Shown here piece after piece: positions 42,752 through 55,108 of a DNA stretch of 64,000 bases (within the stretch, counting starts at the first letter, position 1; each line of letters starts with the position of its first letter). The notes below the pieces were generated by a model that saw nothing but the letters and a program-made list of their open reading frames with translations, searched no databases and had not been told where the DNA came from. Made by a program: the position numbers and the translations under genes. The stretch comes from Camelus ferus (taxonomy: Eukaryota). The stretch spans positions 16,246,001 through 16,310,000 of the forward strand of contig NC_045696.1 in the NCBI RefSeq assembly GCF_009834535.1. Reading direction: 5' to 3'.

Positions 42752-42758
42752 GCACTTT
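42752..42758 (+). promoter_or_regulatory. miR-17/20a/106 family seed site GCACTTT
   Basis: Seed match seen directly, in the known APP UTR context just 5' of the G-rich tract. Confidence 0.65.
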
Positions 42759-42892
42759 TACGGGCGGGGGGTGGGGGGAGTGCTCTGCTGGTCTCAAATT
42801 AACCAAGAATTCTCCCCAAAAAAACTTTCTTCAGGATGACTGTACAGAATCATTGCTTATGACCATGATAGCTTTCTACACTGTATTCCATA

Positions 42893-42907
42893 AATAAATT
42901 AAATAAA
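42893..42907 (+). terminator. Proximal APP poly(A) signal cluster (AATAAA-TT-AAATAAA)
   Basis: AATAAA at 42893-42898 and 42902-42907 with an overlapping ATTAAA. APP is known to use two poly(A) sites. Confidence 0.8.
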
Positions 42908-43032
42908 ATGACGCTGGGCAAGAGTGTTCTTTGAAAGATGGTTACAGACATGAAATATTCAGTGCAATTTAGGGTGGGGAAACAGAGGCAGACTCAGTTT
43001 CTTTTCCAGTTTCAGTCTAAAAAACACTTTAT

Positions 43033-43140
43033 GTGCTGGATATATAGCTCAGTGGTAGAGCATGTGCCTGGCATGCATGAGGTCCTGGGTTCAACCCCCA
43101 GTGCCTCCAGTAAGGGGGGAAAAGAGAAAAAGAGAGCAAT
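43033..43140 (+). mobile_element. tRNA-Ala-derived SINE inserted in the APP 3' UTR
   Basis: tatagctcagtggtagag...ggttcaacccccagtgcctcc head, purine-rich tail, approximate TSD aaaac(a/t)ctttat. Confidence 0.9.
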
Positions 43141-43269
43141 AAAACTCTTTATTTATGATACCAAAAAAGGATGAAAGTGGAAGGGACAAAATCAGGGAAT
43201 GGGGAAGACAAGCCTGGACAAACCCTTCAAGATTTGACTTCCCTTTGTATAAAATGGTGTTTTCATGTA

Positions 43270-43275
43270 AATAAA
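43270..43275 (+). terminator. Distal APP poly(A) signal AATAAA
   Basis: AATAAA with upstream TGTA elements and downstream GT-rich sequence (ttgtgctggtgtg). Confidence 0.8.
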
Positions 43276-43544
43276 GGCATTGTTGGAGGAGCGCCATTGT
43301 GCTGGTGTGCATGATTCCATGGTAACAACCTTCTGATCATTGAGTCATCGAAGATGAGTGAGAACCTTTAACGTACCTAATGTTGAACACCCACACCTAT
43401 ATGGTGTCTCACTTACAAGTTGGGGATGAAATTGGGGCCAACAGTCACCTCCCAGTGCAAGTAGAGTGCTTCATAGACCTAATTCAGTTTTCACTCCATC
43501 CAAACTATTTGGCGGCCGTATCTTGGTCCTCAAGTTTGACCCTG

Positions 43545-43880
43545 TCTTTGTCCATTCTGGTTACGGTAATAAAATGTCTCAGACTGAGTGGCTGATAAAC
43601 AACAGACATTTACTTCTCACAGTTTTGGAGGCTGGAAGTCTGAGATCGGGGTGCTGGCACAGTCAGGTGGGGGCCCTCTTCTCCTGGTACCCTCACGTGG
43701 TGGAAGGGGCCGGGGACCTCTCCGGCACCTCACTGAGGACTGCACTAATCCCGTGTCTGAGGCCTCCACCCTCATGACTGCTCATCACCCGACGGCCCCA
43801 CCTCCTAGTGCCATTACATTGGGCCTTAGGATTTCAACATGTGAAGTTTGGGGGGACACAGACATACAGACTGTCTAACA
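43545..43880. mobile_element. MaLR LTR (MLT1A-like)
   Basis: ataaacaacagacatttacttctcacagttttggaggctgg...ggggacacagacatacagac. Confidence 0.8.
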
Positions 43881-43949
43881 GTCCCAGATAAGTACAAAGA
43901 GAGAAGTTCCAGAGGAATAAAAATTATGATCAGTGGACAGTCATCAATA

Positions 43950-44152
43950 AGCAGGGTTTCTCAACCCTGTTGCTGTTTTGTAGGAGTAGTTCCTTGTTTG
44001 ACCGGCTGTCCCGAGCATTGTAAGGTGTCCCACAGCATCCCTGGTCTCCACCCTTTTCATGCCAATAGTACTCCCCAGTTACGATAAAGACATCGAGACA
44101 TTGCCTGATGTCCCTTAGAGGGGGCAAAATCATCCCCATTTGAGAACCTTTG
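43950..44152. mobile_element. MER20-like hAT element
   Basis: cagggtttctcaacc ... cagcatccctgg ... agacattgcc ... ttgagaacc. Confidence 0.7.
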
Positions 44153-44973
44153 CTCTGTATTCCAAAACAGTGTTATGTGTACATGATTTTTAGCTAGAGA
44201 AGCCTGGGCATTCCAAAGATCTAAGAACCCCCTGACCCTGGTGTTTCTGCTGTCCTGTGCTAGGTAACAGGTGAACAGGAGAACCGACCAGCACCTTTTA
44301 GCCTTAGATCACAACTTTCAAACTAAAACACAAAGCACAGAAAATTCATCAAAATCATTTCTTCAGGTCACTGTGCAGTATGCACAGACTCAATAAAACT
44401 CATCTGGATGTGTTATTTTCAAGAGAACAAAATGCTTGTCTCCCTTGCCCTGTTAAGGGCAATTAGACATGACTGCTCTAGGAAGATGCGAAACGTGACA
44501 GTTTACGTGTATAAGCAACAGTTCCGTTTGCTTTCACCCAAAGAGAGGTAACTAATGGGGGAAATAAGCCTTCATATAAGTAATGAAATGACTAATGAAA
44601 TGAAACCAAACCTTCTCACACATACAGGATGTTACTCCCAGGCCAGCCTTTAAGGCCAGGAGCTGCAAGTTTTAGCTTTGATCATTTCAGAACTAATGAA
44701 AAAAATTAAACACAGACACATATATATGTAAATTATATATACATATATATAATTATGGGGGGAAAGAATAATGCTTTATAATCGTATTCTAAAATTAAGG
44801 TATGATGAAAGAATTCTCCAGATAGTCCAGGGATTGATCAATAAATAATGAACACAAAATTTAAGAATTACCAAATAGAATTATAGTAATAGTACCCAGA
44901 CCAAAGTTAAACGAGATTTTGAGAGAATTTGGCCTGGCCAGCCTTGTGGGTGAGGAATGGCATCCCAGTATAA

Positions 44974-45739
44974 TTTTTTTTTCTTAATTGAAGTACAGTC
45001 GGTTTACAATGTTGTGTTCATTTCTGTGTACAGCACAGTGATTCAGTTATACATATATGTATATTCCTTTTCATGTTCTTTTTCATTATAGGATACTATA
45101 AGATATTGAATATAGTTCCCTGTGCTGTACAGAGGACCTTGTTGTTTATCTATTTTATTATAATAGTATCTGCAAATCCCAAACTCCCAATTTATCCCTC
45201 CCCTCTCTCCTCCCTGGTAACCATAAGTTTGTTTTCTATGCCTGAGACTACGTGTAAGACAAGACACCATAAATCTCCTAGAAGAGAACACAGGCAAAAT
45301 ATTCTCTGATATAAATCTCAGCAATGTTCTCTAAGGGCAGTCTACTGAGGCAACAGAAGTAAAAACAAAAATAAATAAATGGGATGTAATTAAATGTATA
45401 CGCTTTTGCACAGCAAAGGAAACCATATATAAAACGAAAAGACAATGTACTGAATGGGAGAAAATATTTGCAGATGATGCAGTTGACAAGGGCTTAATTT
45501 CCAGAATGTACAAACAGCTCATACAACTCAGTAACAACAACACACACAAAAAAAACACAACAAACAACCCAATCCAAAAATGGGCAGAAGACCTAAACAA
45601 GCAGTTCTCCACTGAAGACACACAAATGGCCAATAGGCACATGAAAAAATGCTCAATATCGCTAATTAGCAGAGAAATGCAAATCAAAACTACAATGAGG
45701 TATCACCTCACACTGGTCAGAATGGCCATCATTAAAAGG
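44974..45739 (-). mobile_element. L1 with 5' inversion (3' end on -, ORF2 fragment on +)
   Basis: 44974-45246 is an antisense L1 3' UTR. About 45255-45739 is a sense ORF2 C-terminal piece ([11 protein letters not shown]...[19 protein letters not shown]). Approximate TSD cca(g/a)tata. Confidence 0.85.
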
Positions 45740-47815
45740 CCAATATAGTTTTAATTCACTTACTTCTTAGTAGTGAAGTTGGAGATTCCTTTATCTGTTC
45801 AAGGGTCATTTTACAGCTCTGTGGTTTTTTCTGTTTGTCTTTTGTTTTGGGCTTGAAGTCTACTTTGCTATCAGGACTGCAACCCCTGCTGTCTTACTGT
45901 TTCCATTTGCTCAGTAAATCTTTGTCCGAGCTTTTTATTTATAGCTTTTCCAATTGCTGCGTTTTAAGTGTATGTCTCACGTACAGCGCAGAAGTGAGTT
46001 TCTGCTATGTGAGCCAATTTGAAAATCTTGTAATAGACAAGTTGGACCCACTCAGTTTTATGATCTGACTGCTACGCTGGCTTTTAGTTCTTCCATATCT
46101 CATGTTATGACTGACTGAGTGTATTATATTTACTGTGTCTCTATGAGGGAAGGACTCTTGGCATGCATATGAGGGTGTGTGAGTTTTGTGTGTGAGTGTG
46201 CATGTTTCATAGGAAGCTTTGTATTTTTATTCTAGTGGTTACTATTGAACTATTTTTATGTGTGTGGTGCTCTTAATCCCTTTTTTCTTAGCCTCTTGCT
46301 ATCTGCCTTTTCTAGATGATTTTTTTGCCCACCACCCATCACCTATACAACAATCAACAGTCTTGCTCTTCTTTCCTCCTTTTTTCTCTCTCTTCTCTCA
46401 TTTTTTCAGTTGCGTTTGTTCTGCGTTATCAGTCCATAATGTTTTTCTTCAACCTACAACTTCACCCTCTCGCGCCTTAGCCCTGCAGTTGAATATGAGG
46501 AATCTCTCTGGACAGTCCTTTGTTCCCAGACATCTTTGCATTGGGTGAAGCTCACCCTCCAGTAAGTTCCTCAGTAAGAGCATGTGTGCACAGCATCCTG
46601 GAGTTCCAGCAGATACAAAACTGGATTTTGATGACCTTGGAACTTGAAATGCAACTTGTTTATCCTTAAGTTTCTTTAAAATGCTGCACCACTCTTTCCT
46701 TGTTTTGTATGTTAATTCTGAGAAATACGAGGCCAAATTCAGACTCCGCATTTTGAGTGAGAACTTCCACCCCCACCCCAATGATTACATAAGCCAGGAA
46801 AGGTCATACGAAACACTGCTTTGGGTGTTTGTGGACCCCAAGGCTCTGCCTTCAGGTGTCTCCTCTATACACTGTCTCTGTGTAATCTCAGCCACCTGGA
46901 AAATTTCAGTATTACTTGTGTACAAAGCAATAGCTTAAACCCAGACCCTTTCCCTGAGTTCCAGACTCAGATTCCTATTTTTGCTTTAATAACAAGCATT
47001 GTGACTATAAATGCAATGCATGCTACTTGCAGAAAATACAGAATATAGGAAGAAAAAGGATTCACTCGTAATCCCACCATCCACAGAGAAGTACTGTTAA
47101 TATTTTGCATATATACTTTTAGTATTTTTAAATAACATGCAATTACCTCCCTTGCCTTTTGCTTTCATAACTTGGAGCCCATTATCCTGCTTTTCCTTGC
47201 TTTAATAGGTGCATTGTCTCATGTCGTTTTAAAAACTCTTAAAATAACCATTTTAATGACTGCATAAGGATATTTAATTCATCATCTTCTGGAAATATTT
47301 TACTATTATAAATAATCTTTGACTACAAATTAATGTTTTGCTTAGTTTTTGTTTTTAATAAAAGCCAGTTTAGCATCTGCTTCAAGAATGCAGATTTGAG
47401 CCAGTCTCTACATTGGTTTCTTCGTTTGTAAAGTAAGATAATAATAGTGCTTCATAGATGGGTCATGAGGATTCGACTTGTTAATAGATGTAAGGTGTTT
47501 AAAACTCTGTCTGATATGTAGTAAGTGGCCAAGATTAACTACTCAGGAGAGTGTCCAAGAAAGTAGAAGGGGTTTTTTTAATTCTCTCTTTATTCATAAT
47601 ACCAAGTTGCGTGCCAAAAAAAGGAAGTCTTAATGCCGTCTAGCGATATACGTTGAGTGCCTCTGGAAGTACACAGCTGAGGGTCTTGGGTAATATCGTG
47701 TATTGCCAATCAAACGAAGAGAGACTAATCTGGACCTCAGTACACATATCAGCTCCCTATGAGGCTGGCTGCTCTGGAATAATTCTCTAGCAGAGGACTC
47801 TCTAAAGGTCCCTGA

Positions 47816-47965
47816 GGAGGAGGGAGGGTATAGCTCAAATGGTAGAGTGCATGCTTAGCATGCACAAGGTCCTGGATTCATTTTTTTAAACTAATAATAA
47901 ATAATAATTAATAATAAATAAATAGACCTAATGACCTCCCTCCATAAAAATATTTTTTAAAAATA
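47816..47965 (+). mobile_element. tRNA-Ala-derived SINE (Vic-1 type)
   Basis: Head gggagggtatagctcaaatggtagag, tail gacctaatgacctccc. Confidence 0.88.
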
Positions 47966-48316
47966 AATGAATAGATTGAGCACAAGGGATTTTTAGGGCA
48001 ATGAAATTATTCTGTATGATGCTATAGTGGTGGTTATATGTCATTATGCATTTGTCAAAACCCATAGAATGTACAACATCAAGAGTGAACCCGAATGTAA
48101 ACTATGGACTTTGGTTGACAGTAATGTGTCCATGTTGGTTCATCGATTGTACCAAATACGCCACACTGATGAGGGATGTTGAGGGTAGGGAGTATATACG
48201 CGTGAGTGGGGAGGGCTATGTGCGAACTGTCAGTATTTTTTGCTCAATTCTGCTGTGAACCTTCCAACTTCTCTAAAAACTAAAGTCTATTATTTAAAAA
48301 ACCTTTAAAAAAAAAG
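47966..48316 (+). mobile_element. Ancient L1 3' end (L1MC-like) with A-tail
   Basis: ttgtcaaaacccatagaatgtacaac...gtaaactatggactttgg...gctgtgaacc resembles the L1MC 3' UTR consensus. Confidence 0.8.
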
Positions 48317-48949
48317 AAAGGTCTCTGAAGCCATGCTCTTATTCCCTGCCTCCTGCTCACCAGCACGAAGGCCCTACCATGCTAAGATTTTCTGCATGTA
48401 GGAAAAATTGGAGCACAAATCACTAATTTAATCCTTGCTTTGATTATATATATTTACTTTGTAGAATACATTTACAGATCAAGTCAGACTATGATGCTCC
48501 ACTGTAACTATTAAAGCAACAAAACTTCTTCCTGTAGCCAGCTGGCAATGCCTCATTTCTAATATCACACAGCTTTTAGAGTAATTTCCAAACTAAGTCA
48601 CGTTAATAGTCAGTAGATTTACTCAGATGGCTAAGCATTCTTGGATAACGTGTTTTACCTACCCCAGAGCTACTATAATCTTTTAACTACGCTGAACTGT
48701 GTTTTTCTGAAAGCTGAACTTTGTTTCTCCAAACTGGGAATCTTTCGTAGGGATCCTAAACTGTCCTCCCTTTCTTTTGAGATGGTTATAGCTGCTTCAT
48801 CTTGGGTCATTCTTTCACGTAAAAGAGTTATTGGATGCCTATTGTGTGCACTTAGCCAATGCCAAAGGGGATACAATGGTTTAAAAATAAAAAAGATGTG
48901 GTCCTACTCTCAAGACTGTAATCATTACCACCCCAGACAGTGGCTTGTA

Positions 48950-49380
48950 CACTAACAATTTTTATTTTGCCACAGATCTGCACTTCGGGTAGGGCTCTGC
49001 TCCACACGGCATCAACAGGGCCAGCTCAACTGAAGGCTGGACGATCTGCTTCCAAGATGGCGCATTCACATGGCTGGCAAGCTGGTGCTGGCTGTCAGTT
49101 CGGAGGTCGACCAGAAGCCTCAGTTAATCTCCACATGTGCCTCTTCAGGTAGCCTGGGCTTTCTCAGAGGCAGGGTTCCAAGGGTGAACAACCAAAATAA
49201 GAGAGTAGAAACTGTACTGCATTTTATGCTTTAGTCTCAGAAGTTCCATGACATCAGTTCTGTCACAGCTAATTCATCAAGGCAGTCCCAGGTCCTGCCC
49301 AGATCAAGGAGAGGGGAGGTAAACCCGATCTCTTGATGAGAAGTACATTAAAGAACTGTGGACGTGTTTTAAAACCACTA
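48950..49380. mobile_element. MaLR LTR (MLT1-like)
   Basis: tgcttccaagatggcgcattcacatggctggcaag...ttttaaaaccac. Confidence 0.7.
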
Positions 49381-49519
49381 CGTTCAAAAAAAAAATTTAT
49401 ATATTCTATTGCAATAAGTAGAGGTAATGCCCATCTTCCTGCTTTGATCTGCCTCGTGTAATTAACTAGCAACAAAAGACTGTTAGGGGCAGAAGAGGAT
49501 GTGGCTGAATTCCTTCGGG

Positions 49520-50058
49520 TAGGGCAGCTTTTTATATTTTCCGATCTGGACCTGTCCCCTGAACTCCAGATTCCCTGTTGTCCTACTGACATCTCCATTT
49601 CAATATTTAACAGACATCTCACACGACACCTTCAACATCAAACTACAGGCATCTTGCTCCTACTTTTGAGTTTCCCTTCTCAGCAGATGACAAGTCCATT
49701 GTTCTAATGGCTTAGGTCAAAAGTCACGAGCCACTGGTTAACCATCCATCTTACTTCTTTGTCTCCTTTAGGTCTTTGATCAAATGTCACAGTTTGGATG
49801 ATGTTGTGCCTAGCCGAGCCAGTTCAGCATAAACTCCCTTGCTGTCTCTAGCATTTCCTTCACCCCTTCCCTCCGCCGTTTTTCTTCTTGGCACGTCCTG
49901 GCTCATACGTTTTATGCCTCTATTTGCTTATTGTCCTTTTCTCAGTGTAAACACCCTAAAGGCAGGACTTTTGTCTGTCTTGTTCACTGATGAATCCTTA
50001 GTGCCTAGACGAGTGTCTCACACGTGATGATTGTTCAATGAGTATTTATTAAGTAAAT
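49520..50058 (+). mobile_element. LINE-2 3' fragments
   Basis: cccctgaactccagat...aggcaggacttttgtctgtcttgttcactgatg...tatttattaagtaaatg. Confidence 0.7.
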
Positions 50059-50237
50059 GCAGGGATTTGAGTCATCACACTTTGACAACTAACACAGAGG
50101 AGGAGAACTGGGAGGAAGGGGAATCACCTCCTCAAATACTATATAGAACTAGAGAGAACAAACAGAGCTGTGTATCTCATTTTCCTTTCTCAAGATCTAC
50201 TTGTAGACTAAATAGTTTTAAATAGTCTTCATAGTAC

Positions 50238-50870
50238 GTTTGAGACGGGAAGGGGGCAGGGCACAGCCATTCAAGGAACAGCGCAACAATTAACACCAGA
50301 ATGGCAAAAGATTCAACCCCCAGTAGGCCTTGAGGCCCAAGACGGTGGGAGATTTGACTTCCTTGAGCTCCATTATATGCTCACTGTAACATTAGCATAG
50401 TGAATAACGTGCCCACAGGCACCACGGCATGTCCCAAGGCTAGCCACAAAAGGTCAAAGAGTGGGAAATGGCCAGTTTACTGGGAAACCCAGCCCCTTCC
50501 CCAGGCTAGTTAGACTGGTCCTTCCACTTATTAGCAGATGAAGCCACCAAGCCCATAAAAACTGGCAACACAGTGTAGCTGCCACTGCCACCCCACCCCC
50601 ACCCCCTTTCGGAGACAGCCTGCACTCTGTCTATGGAGTGTGTACCTACTTTTACTCTAATCTGAGCACCCAACCCCCCACCTCGTGGCCTTTCTCTTGC
50701 CTTTCAATGTGTCTCTCTGGATAAATCTACCTTCACTCAACTGTGGCTCACTCTTGAATTCTTTCCTGCGCGAAGACAAGGACCCACACTTGGGGGGGGC
50801 ACATCCCATGGGCTCAACCTAACCCTAGGACATGGCTCTCCTCACGCCCACATCCGTTTTTCCTGCATCA
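50238..50870 (+). mobile_element. ERV1-type solo LTR
   Basis: cataaaaa TATA-like box, GATAAA signal, cttgaattctttcctgcgcgaag U5 motif, CA end; TSD unclear. Confidence 0.7.
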
Positions 50871-53800
50871 TATCGGCTGGGCTTAAATAAAATCTGTATC
50901 CTTGTGTCTGTTTCCCGTGGAGGTTTCCTCCCTGAGGGTCTGGGGGACATGGGCTGGGAGGGCCAGGCAGAGAAGATAGGCTTCTCGTCAGCTTGTGAAT
51001 CAAAAAGCAAGCTCCTTGGCTGCCTCCATCATTTTTATTGGTTTTTCCAAACCAGCAGGTTTTATCTCTGGCCAGCAATTCTCTCACATCAAGTGATAGA
51101 ACTCCAGCAATAAGAAAAGGAAAGCAATCGTTTGATGAAAATTACACCTATTATTGAAGAATTTTGCTTCAGCTTAGTAATTATTATAAAAGCTTCGGTG
51201 AATTGCTCCATGAAATATAACTACTTAATAGGAGAGAGGAAAATGACAAACTCAGAGAAACAGAAACTCCTTGGGAGGATCCAACCAAAGGCACGTACCG
51301 TATAGAATCTTTAATAAGCTTTAAGAATTGAGAAAGCAAAATTGTCTACAAGGAAATCAGCCTCAGAATGATGGGTTCCTGGAGACCACACCTGGCCAAT
51401 TTCAGCGTAGATTTATAATCACATGTCTGGTGTCTCTTGGCTCATTTCAAACTTAGATCACTCATAAAAACTGCATATACGGAAGAAGAATCTTCTGCAA
51501 ACCCAAAGATAATCCCAAATCTCTGCTGGACTCCCAGCAGAGACGTCAGCACTGTCCCTTCTGGGCATTCCTTGACAGAGGCCAACATGCACGCAGGGCC
51601 TGCCCCAGGGAATCTTCCATGAGCTTCTAAAAATGTTTCTGGCTAAAGATTTTGAATCTTTAACTCCAAGAGAAAAGGAATGAATTCCACTCGATTTTCT
51701 GGCTGTCTTTAAAAAAACAAATGAAAATCTTGTTCTCAGGTCCCCAAGATATATGTCTTACCCTGGTCACCAAAGTTTTGCCCAAACATAAGACAAAGGA
51801 AAAAAAAAAGGTGAGGGATGTTAGAGATTGTTTACATGAACCCCCTTTATTTTTCTGAGCAGGAAACTGAGGCCCAACGATGTGAGGTGACTTACCTGCA
51901 GCTCATGGTGAGACAACCAAGACTCTGTCCAGTTCCTCCCACCTCTCATCCACCAGCTCTCAAGGACACCCATGTCTTTTTCTCCCTCAAGACTCCATAG
52001 TAGAGCTTGTAACATCTTCCCTTCAAAGAAAGTCTGGACACCCCAAACTCTACCCTGTCTCCTGCACACAGCTCCCAGCTGCTGCTTCCCTGCTCCCCCC
52101 GCAGGGGTACAGTGCAGAGCATCCCCCGGGGTGGGGGGTCAGGGAACCTCCCCAACAGCACCTAGAGGAGCTCACCAGATGACCCCTGGGGGAGAGGGAG
52201 CTGAAAAGCATCATTTGGTTTTGTCCCCAGGTACTGTATGGAATAAGGTGTGCGTTACTCTACACAATGGTTAAGTGTTAGGCTGCCAAGGCCAACTTTA
52301 TCTTAAATCACCACCAAGTTGCATTAAATACATTATGTGTTATTTTCAAATTATATCAAAAAAGAGTAACTTCAAGGTGCTAATAAGTTTTAAAAAATCA
52401 CCTCTCAATAGGCCACACGGGTAGGGACTGAGATAATTATCCTATGTTATCTTCACGCTATGAAATTCCCCACTCCATCCCCAATATGCCTGCCCTGGGC
52501 CAAGAGAATGAGTTTCTTGTTCCCAGTTTTCACTGTGATGTTTAGCAGAGTGTGAGATTGTTGAAGAGGTCCAAGAAGGCCACCTTGGGACTGGAAGTCG
52601 CTAATAATACTTTACTGGAAGGAATTTTTTAAAAATACTCTGGCTCTAACTAGTTTTTTTTGTCTAAAAGGGAAAAACTCAGGAACAAGCAGATAAGGAA
52701 AGAAAATATACATTATAGTGAGATTCTCCCTCCACTTTTTTAAAGGAAGAAGTTGTGGTCTCAGTTGAGCTGCAGGTGCACCATGGATCTCAGCGGCTGG
52801 CCAGAAGGACGCCGTGGCTGTCCCTGCCTCTCTGAGGTGCGCGCACATTCTCAGTTTAGCTTTTGCGTGTCAGGACTGCAAGCGCGTGCGTCGCAGCAGT
52901 TATCTAGAAGGATGGGGACAAAGTCAAGGCAACAGAAGACCTAACGCCTCTGATGGAGGAGCATTTTCCCGCAGCCTTTACTGTTGCAGAGGAGAAACAA
53001 TTAGAATTCTCTCACTCACTCAAAAGAGAGCTAGAGGGTTTTTTTTTCTTTGCCCTGTAATAGCCAGTAGGCAAAACTTTAACATCAGAAAACTTTGAGG
53101 AAAAAACCAAAAAACAAAAAAGTAACAGAACACAGATGTTTTATTAAAAAAAAAAAAGAAAGGCACAATAACCATCTATAAAAGAACCCAGAATTAAAGT
53201 CCAAAACAGTTCAGTCCATTATGATGCAAACTGCTCTGACCCCAAGAGTCTCATCATATCTACATTTTACTAAACTAATTTCAATGCTATCACTGTGTCA
53301 TCTGACCATTCATTTTTTATTGCTTATGCTAATGGGTTTTGTGGGTGGTGGATTACTTGCATTTCAATGCCCAGCGGCAAAAGATGAAAACATTCCCGTG
53401 ACAGCAGTGGATGACAAAGCACCTTGCTGTTTGCGGTTTCAGACACAGAACTACATGATTTTTTTGTTTTAATGTATGTTTCCGTTGCTGGTTTAATCAT
53501 TTTGACAATAATAGACCTCAATTCCACGGAGACTTATCCCGAACAATCTAATGTCTCTTGCATAACATTTTATTCTCTGAACCATCCTCTAAATCTTTCC
53601 TAAAATTTCCTAAAATTACAGCTAAGTCTGGCAAATGGTTCGCTAAACAAAAATCCATTTAATGTTCATATGTAAGAGTGGATTCATTTAAAGGAAAGAA
53701 AATAGCATAACACTGATACAACTAATTCTTGGTTAAAAGTGGCAAAGTTTTGAGAGGAATAGAATGAAGGTTCTGGACTTACAGACCAAGGCTGGAGAAT

Positions 53801-54059
53801 GTTTCTTCTGGCAGCCCAGTGGGTGAGTCTCCTCACCTTACTGTGATAAACTACTGAAATTTACCCACAACCAATATAATGTTTCCTGTCGTGGAAAGAA
53901 AGAGAAACCTGGCAGACACGGATGGCTAGGGTAGTTGTTGTCTTTACTCTCCCTTTGGCAGAGTGGAGTCTTCAGAAAGCTTCACAAACACTACAGGCCT
54001 TCCAAAAAGGAATTATCTGTTCTCAACTACCAGCATGGAGTCCTTTCAGATTCAATTCT

Positions 54060-54204
54060 TTTGTTTTGCTTTGTTTTGTTTTTTGTTGGGGGAGGTAATT
54101 AGGTGTATTTATTTATTAATGGTGGTACCAGGGGGTTGAACCTAGGACCTTGTGCATGCTGGGCACGCCCCTCCACCACTGAGCTATACCCTCCCCCCGC
54201 CCCG
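54060..54204 (-). mobile_element. tRNA-Ala-derived SINE (Vic-1 type)
   Basis: Reverse-complement head; perfect 12-bp TSD AGATTCAATTCT (54048-54059, 54205-54216). Confidence 0.92.
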
Positions 54205-54760
54205 AGATTCAATTCTGATTGGCCGGAGTCTCACACTGCCCCAGCCATACACGACCCGGTGATTCCCAATCATTTTGCTGGCAGTGGGGCTCCAGTGGGT
54301 ATCTAAACTACCCAGACATCAGTCTGCAAAGGGTTTCTCTCCTTATTTTTTGGAATGAGGAGAGAGTAGTATGGTAAGATGAGTAGTATGGTAAGATAAG
54401 CAGAAAAATCTTAGAGATGCCATAAGTGATGCTTGTAAATAAATCTTTTCCAACCTGAATAGCAAATTGATCCTTGAACTTTTCACCTTAGGTTTTTTCC
54501 TTCATTTCTTCAATCAAGAAAACCAAGGCACTTCCTGCCAACAAGCAAGAAAGCTTAACACAAAACTTTTAATGGATTTTTCTTGTACACCGCCCCCCCC
54601 CCCCCCCCTCCGCGCCGAGTGAAGAACATCCCAGGAGGGACTTGTCTATTGTCGTGGAGAACATGAAACCAGTCTGTTTGCCACTGATTTGGGAGATAGC
54701 AGGGATGGATGGCACTGACCCCAAACCGACAGCTCCCTGTAAGATGCCACATACATTCCC

Positions 54761-54761
<1 letters not shown>

Positions 54762-54792
<31 letters not shown>
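54762..54792. repeat. (CA)n microsatellite
   Basis: Seen directly. Confidence 0.95.
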
Positions 54793-54795
<3 letters not shown>

Positions 54796-55031
54796 CAACA
54801 CAAAGCTGGAGAATCGACTGACAAGAACTCATGAGCCGGAATGTAACCCTTCAAATGCATCTTCTTGGAATTTTTTCGTTTTATAAAGAAATATTTACAT
54901 TTCTCATTGCCTTTAGTTTGAAATAGTCACCATATCTATGCATTATGAAAATTGCTGAAACAAACAAGAGACTAGAGTTTGGAACCACCTTGAAATAAAT
55001 GTCCCAGCTGAACATATTATCTCCATTATAT

Positions 55032-55053
55032 GTGTGTGTGTGTGTGTGTGTGT
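55032..55053. repeat. (TG)n microsatellite
   Basis: Seen directly. Confidence 0.9.
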
Positions 55054-55108
55054 ATTTTTTTTATTATAAAGGAATGGTACTAACTATAAAGGAGGTAAAT
55101 TTCTTATT

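Larger units (their letters stand above)
42045..43292 (+). other. APP: APP 3' UTR (long form; end approximate)
   Basis: Follows the stop codon and is recognisably colinear with the mammalian APP 3' UTR, ending in ...catgtaaataaa...ttggaggagc. Confidence 0.85.

Noticed and set aside
45331..45748. ORFs 45506..45748 (+) and 45331..45687 (-) as a gene
   Set aside because: A decayed L1 ORF2 C-terminal fragment and its antisense frame.
52790..52960. CpG-rich patch as the promoter of a downstream gene
   Set aside because: Too short for a CpG island, and no downstream exon structure is recognisable.
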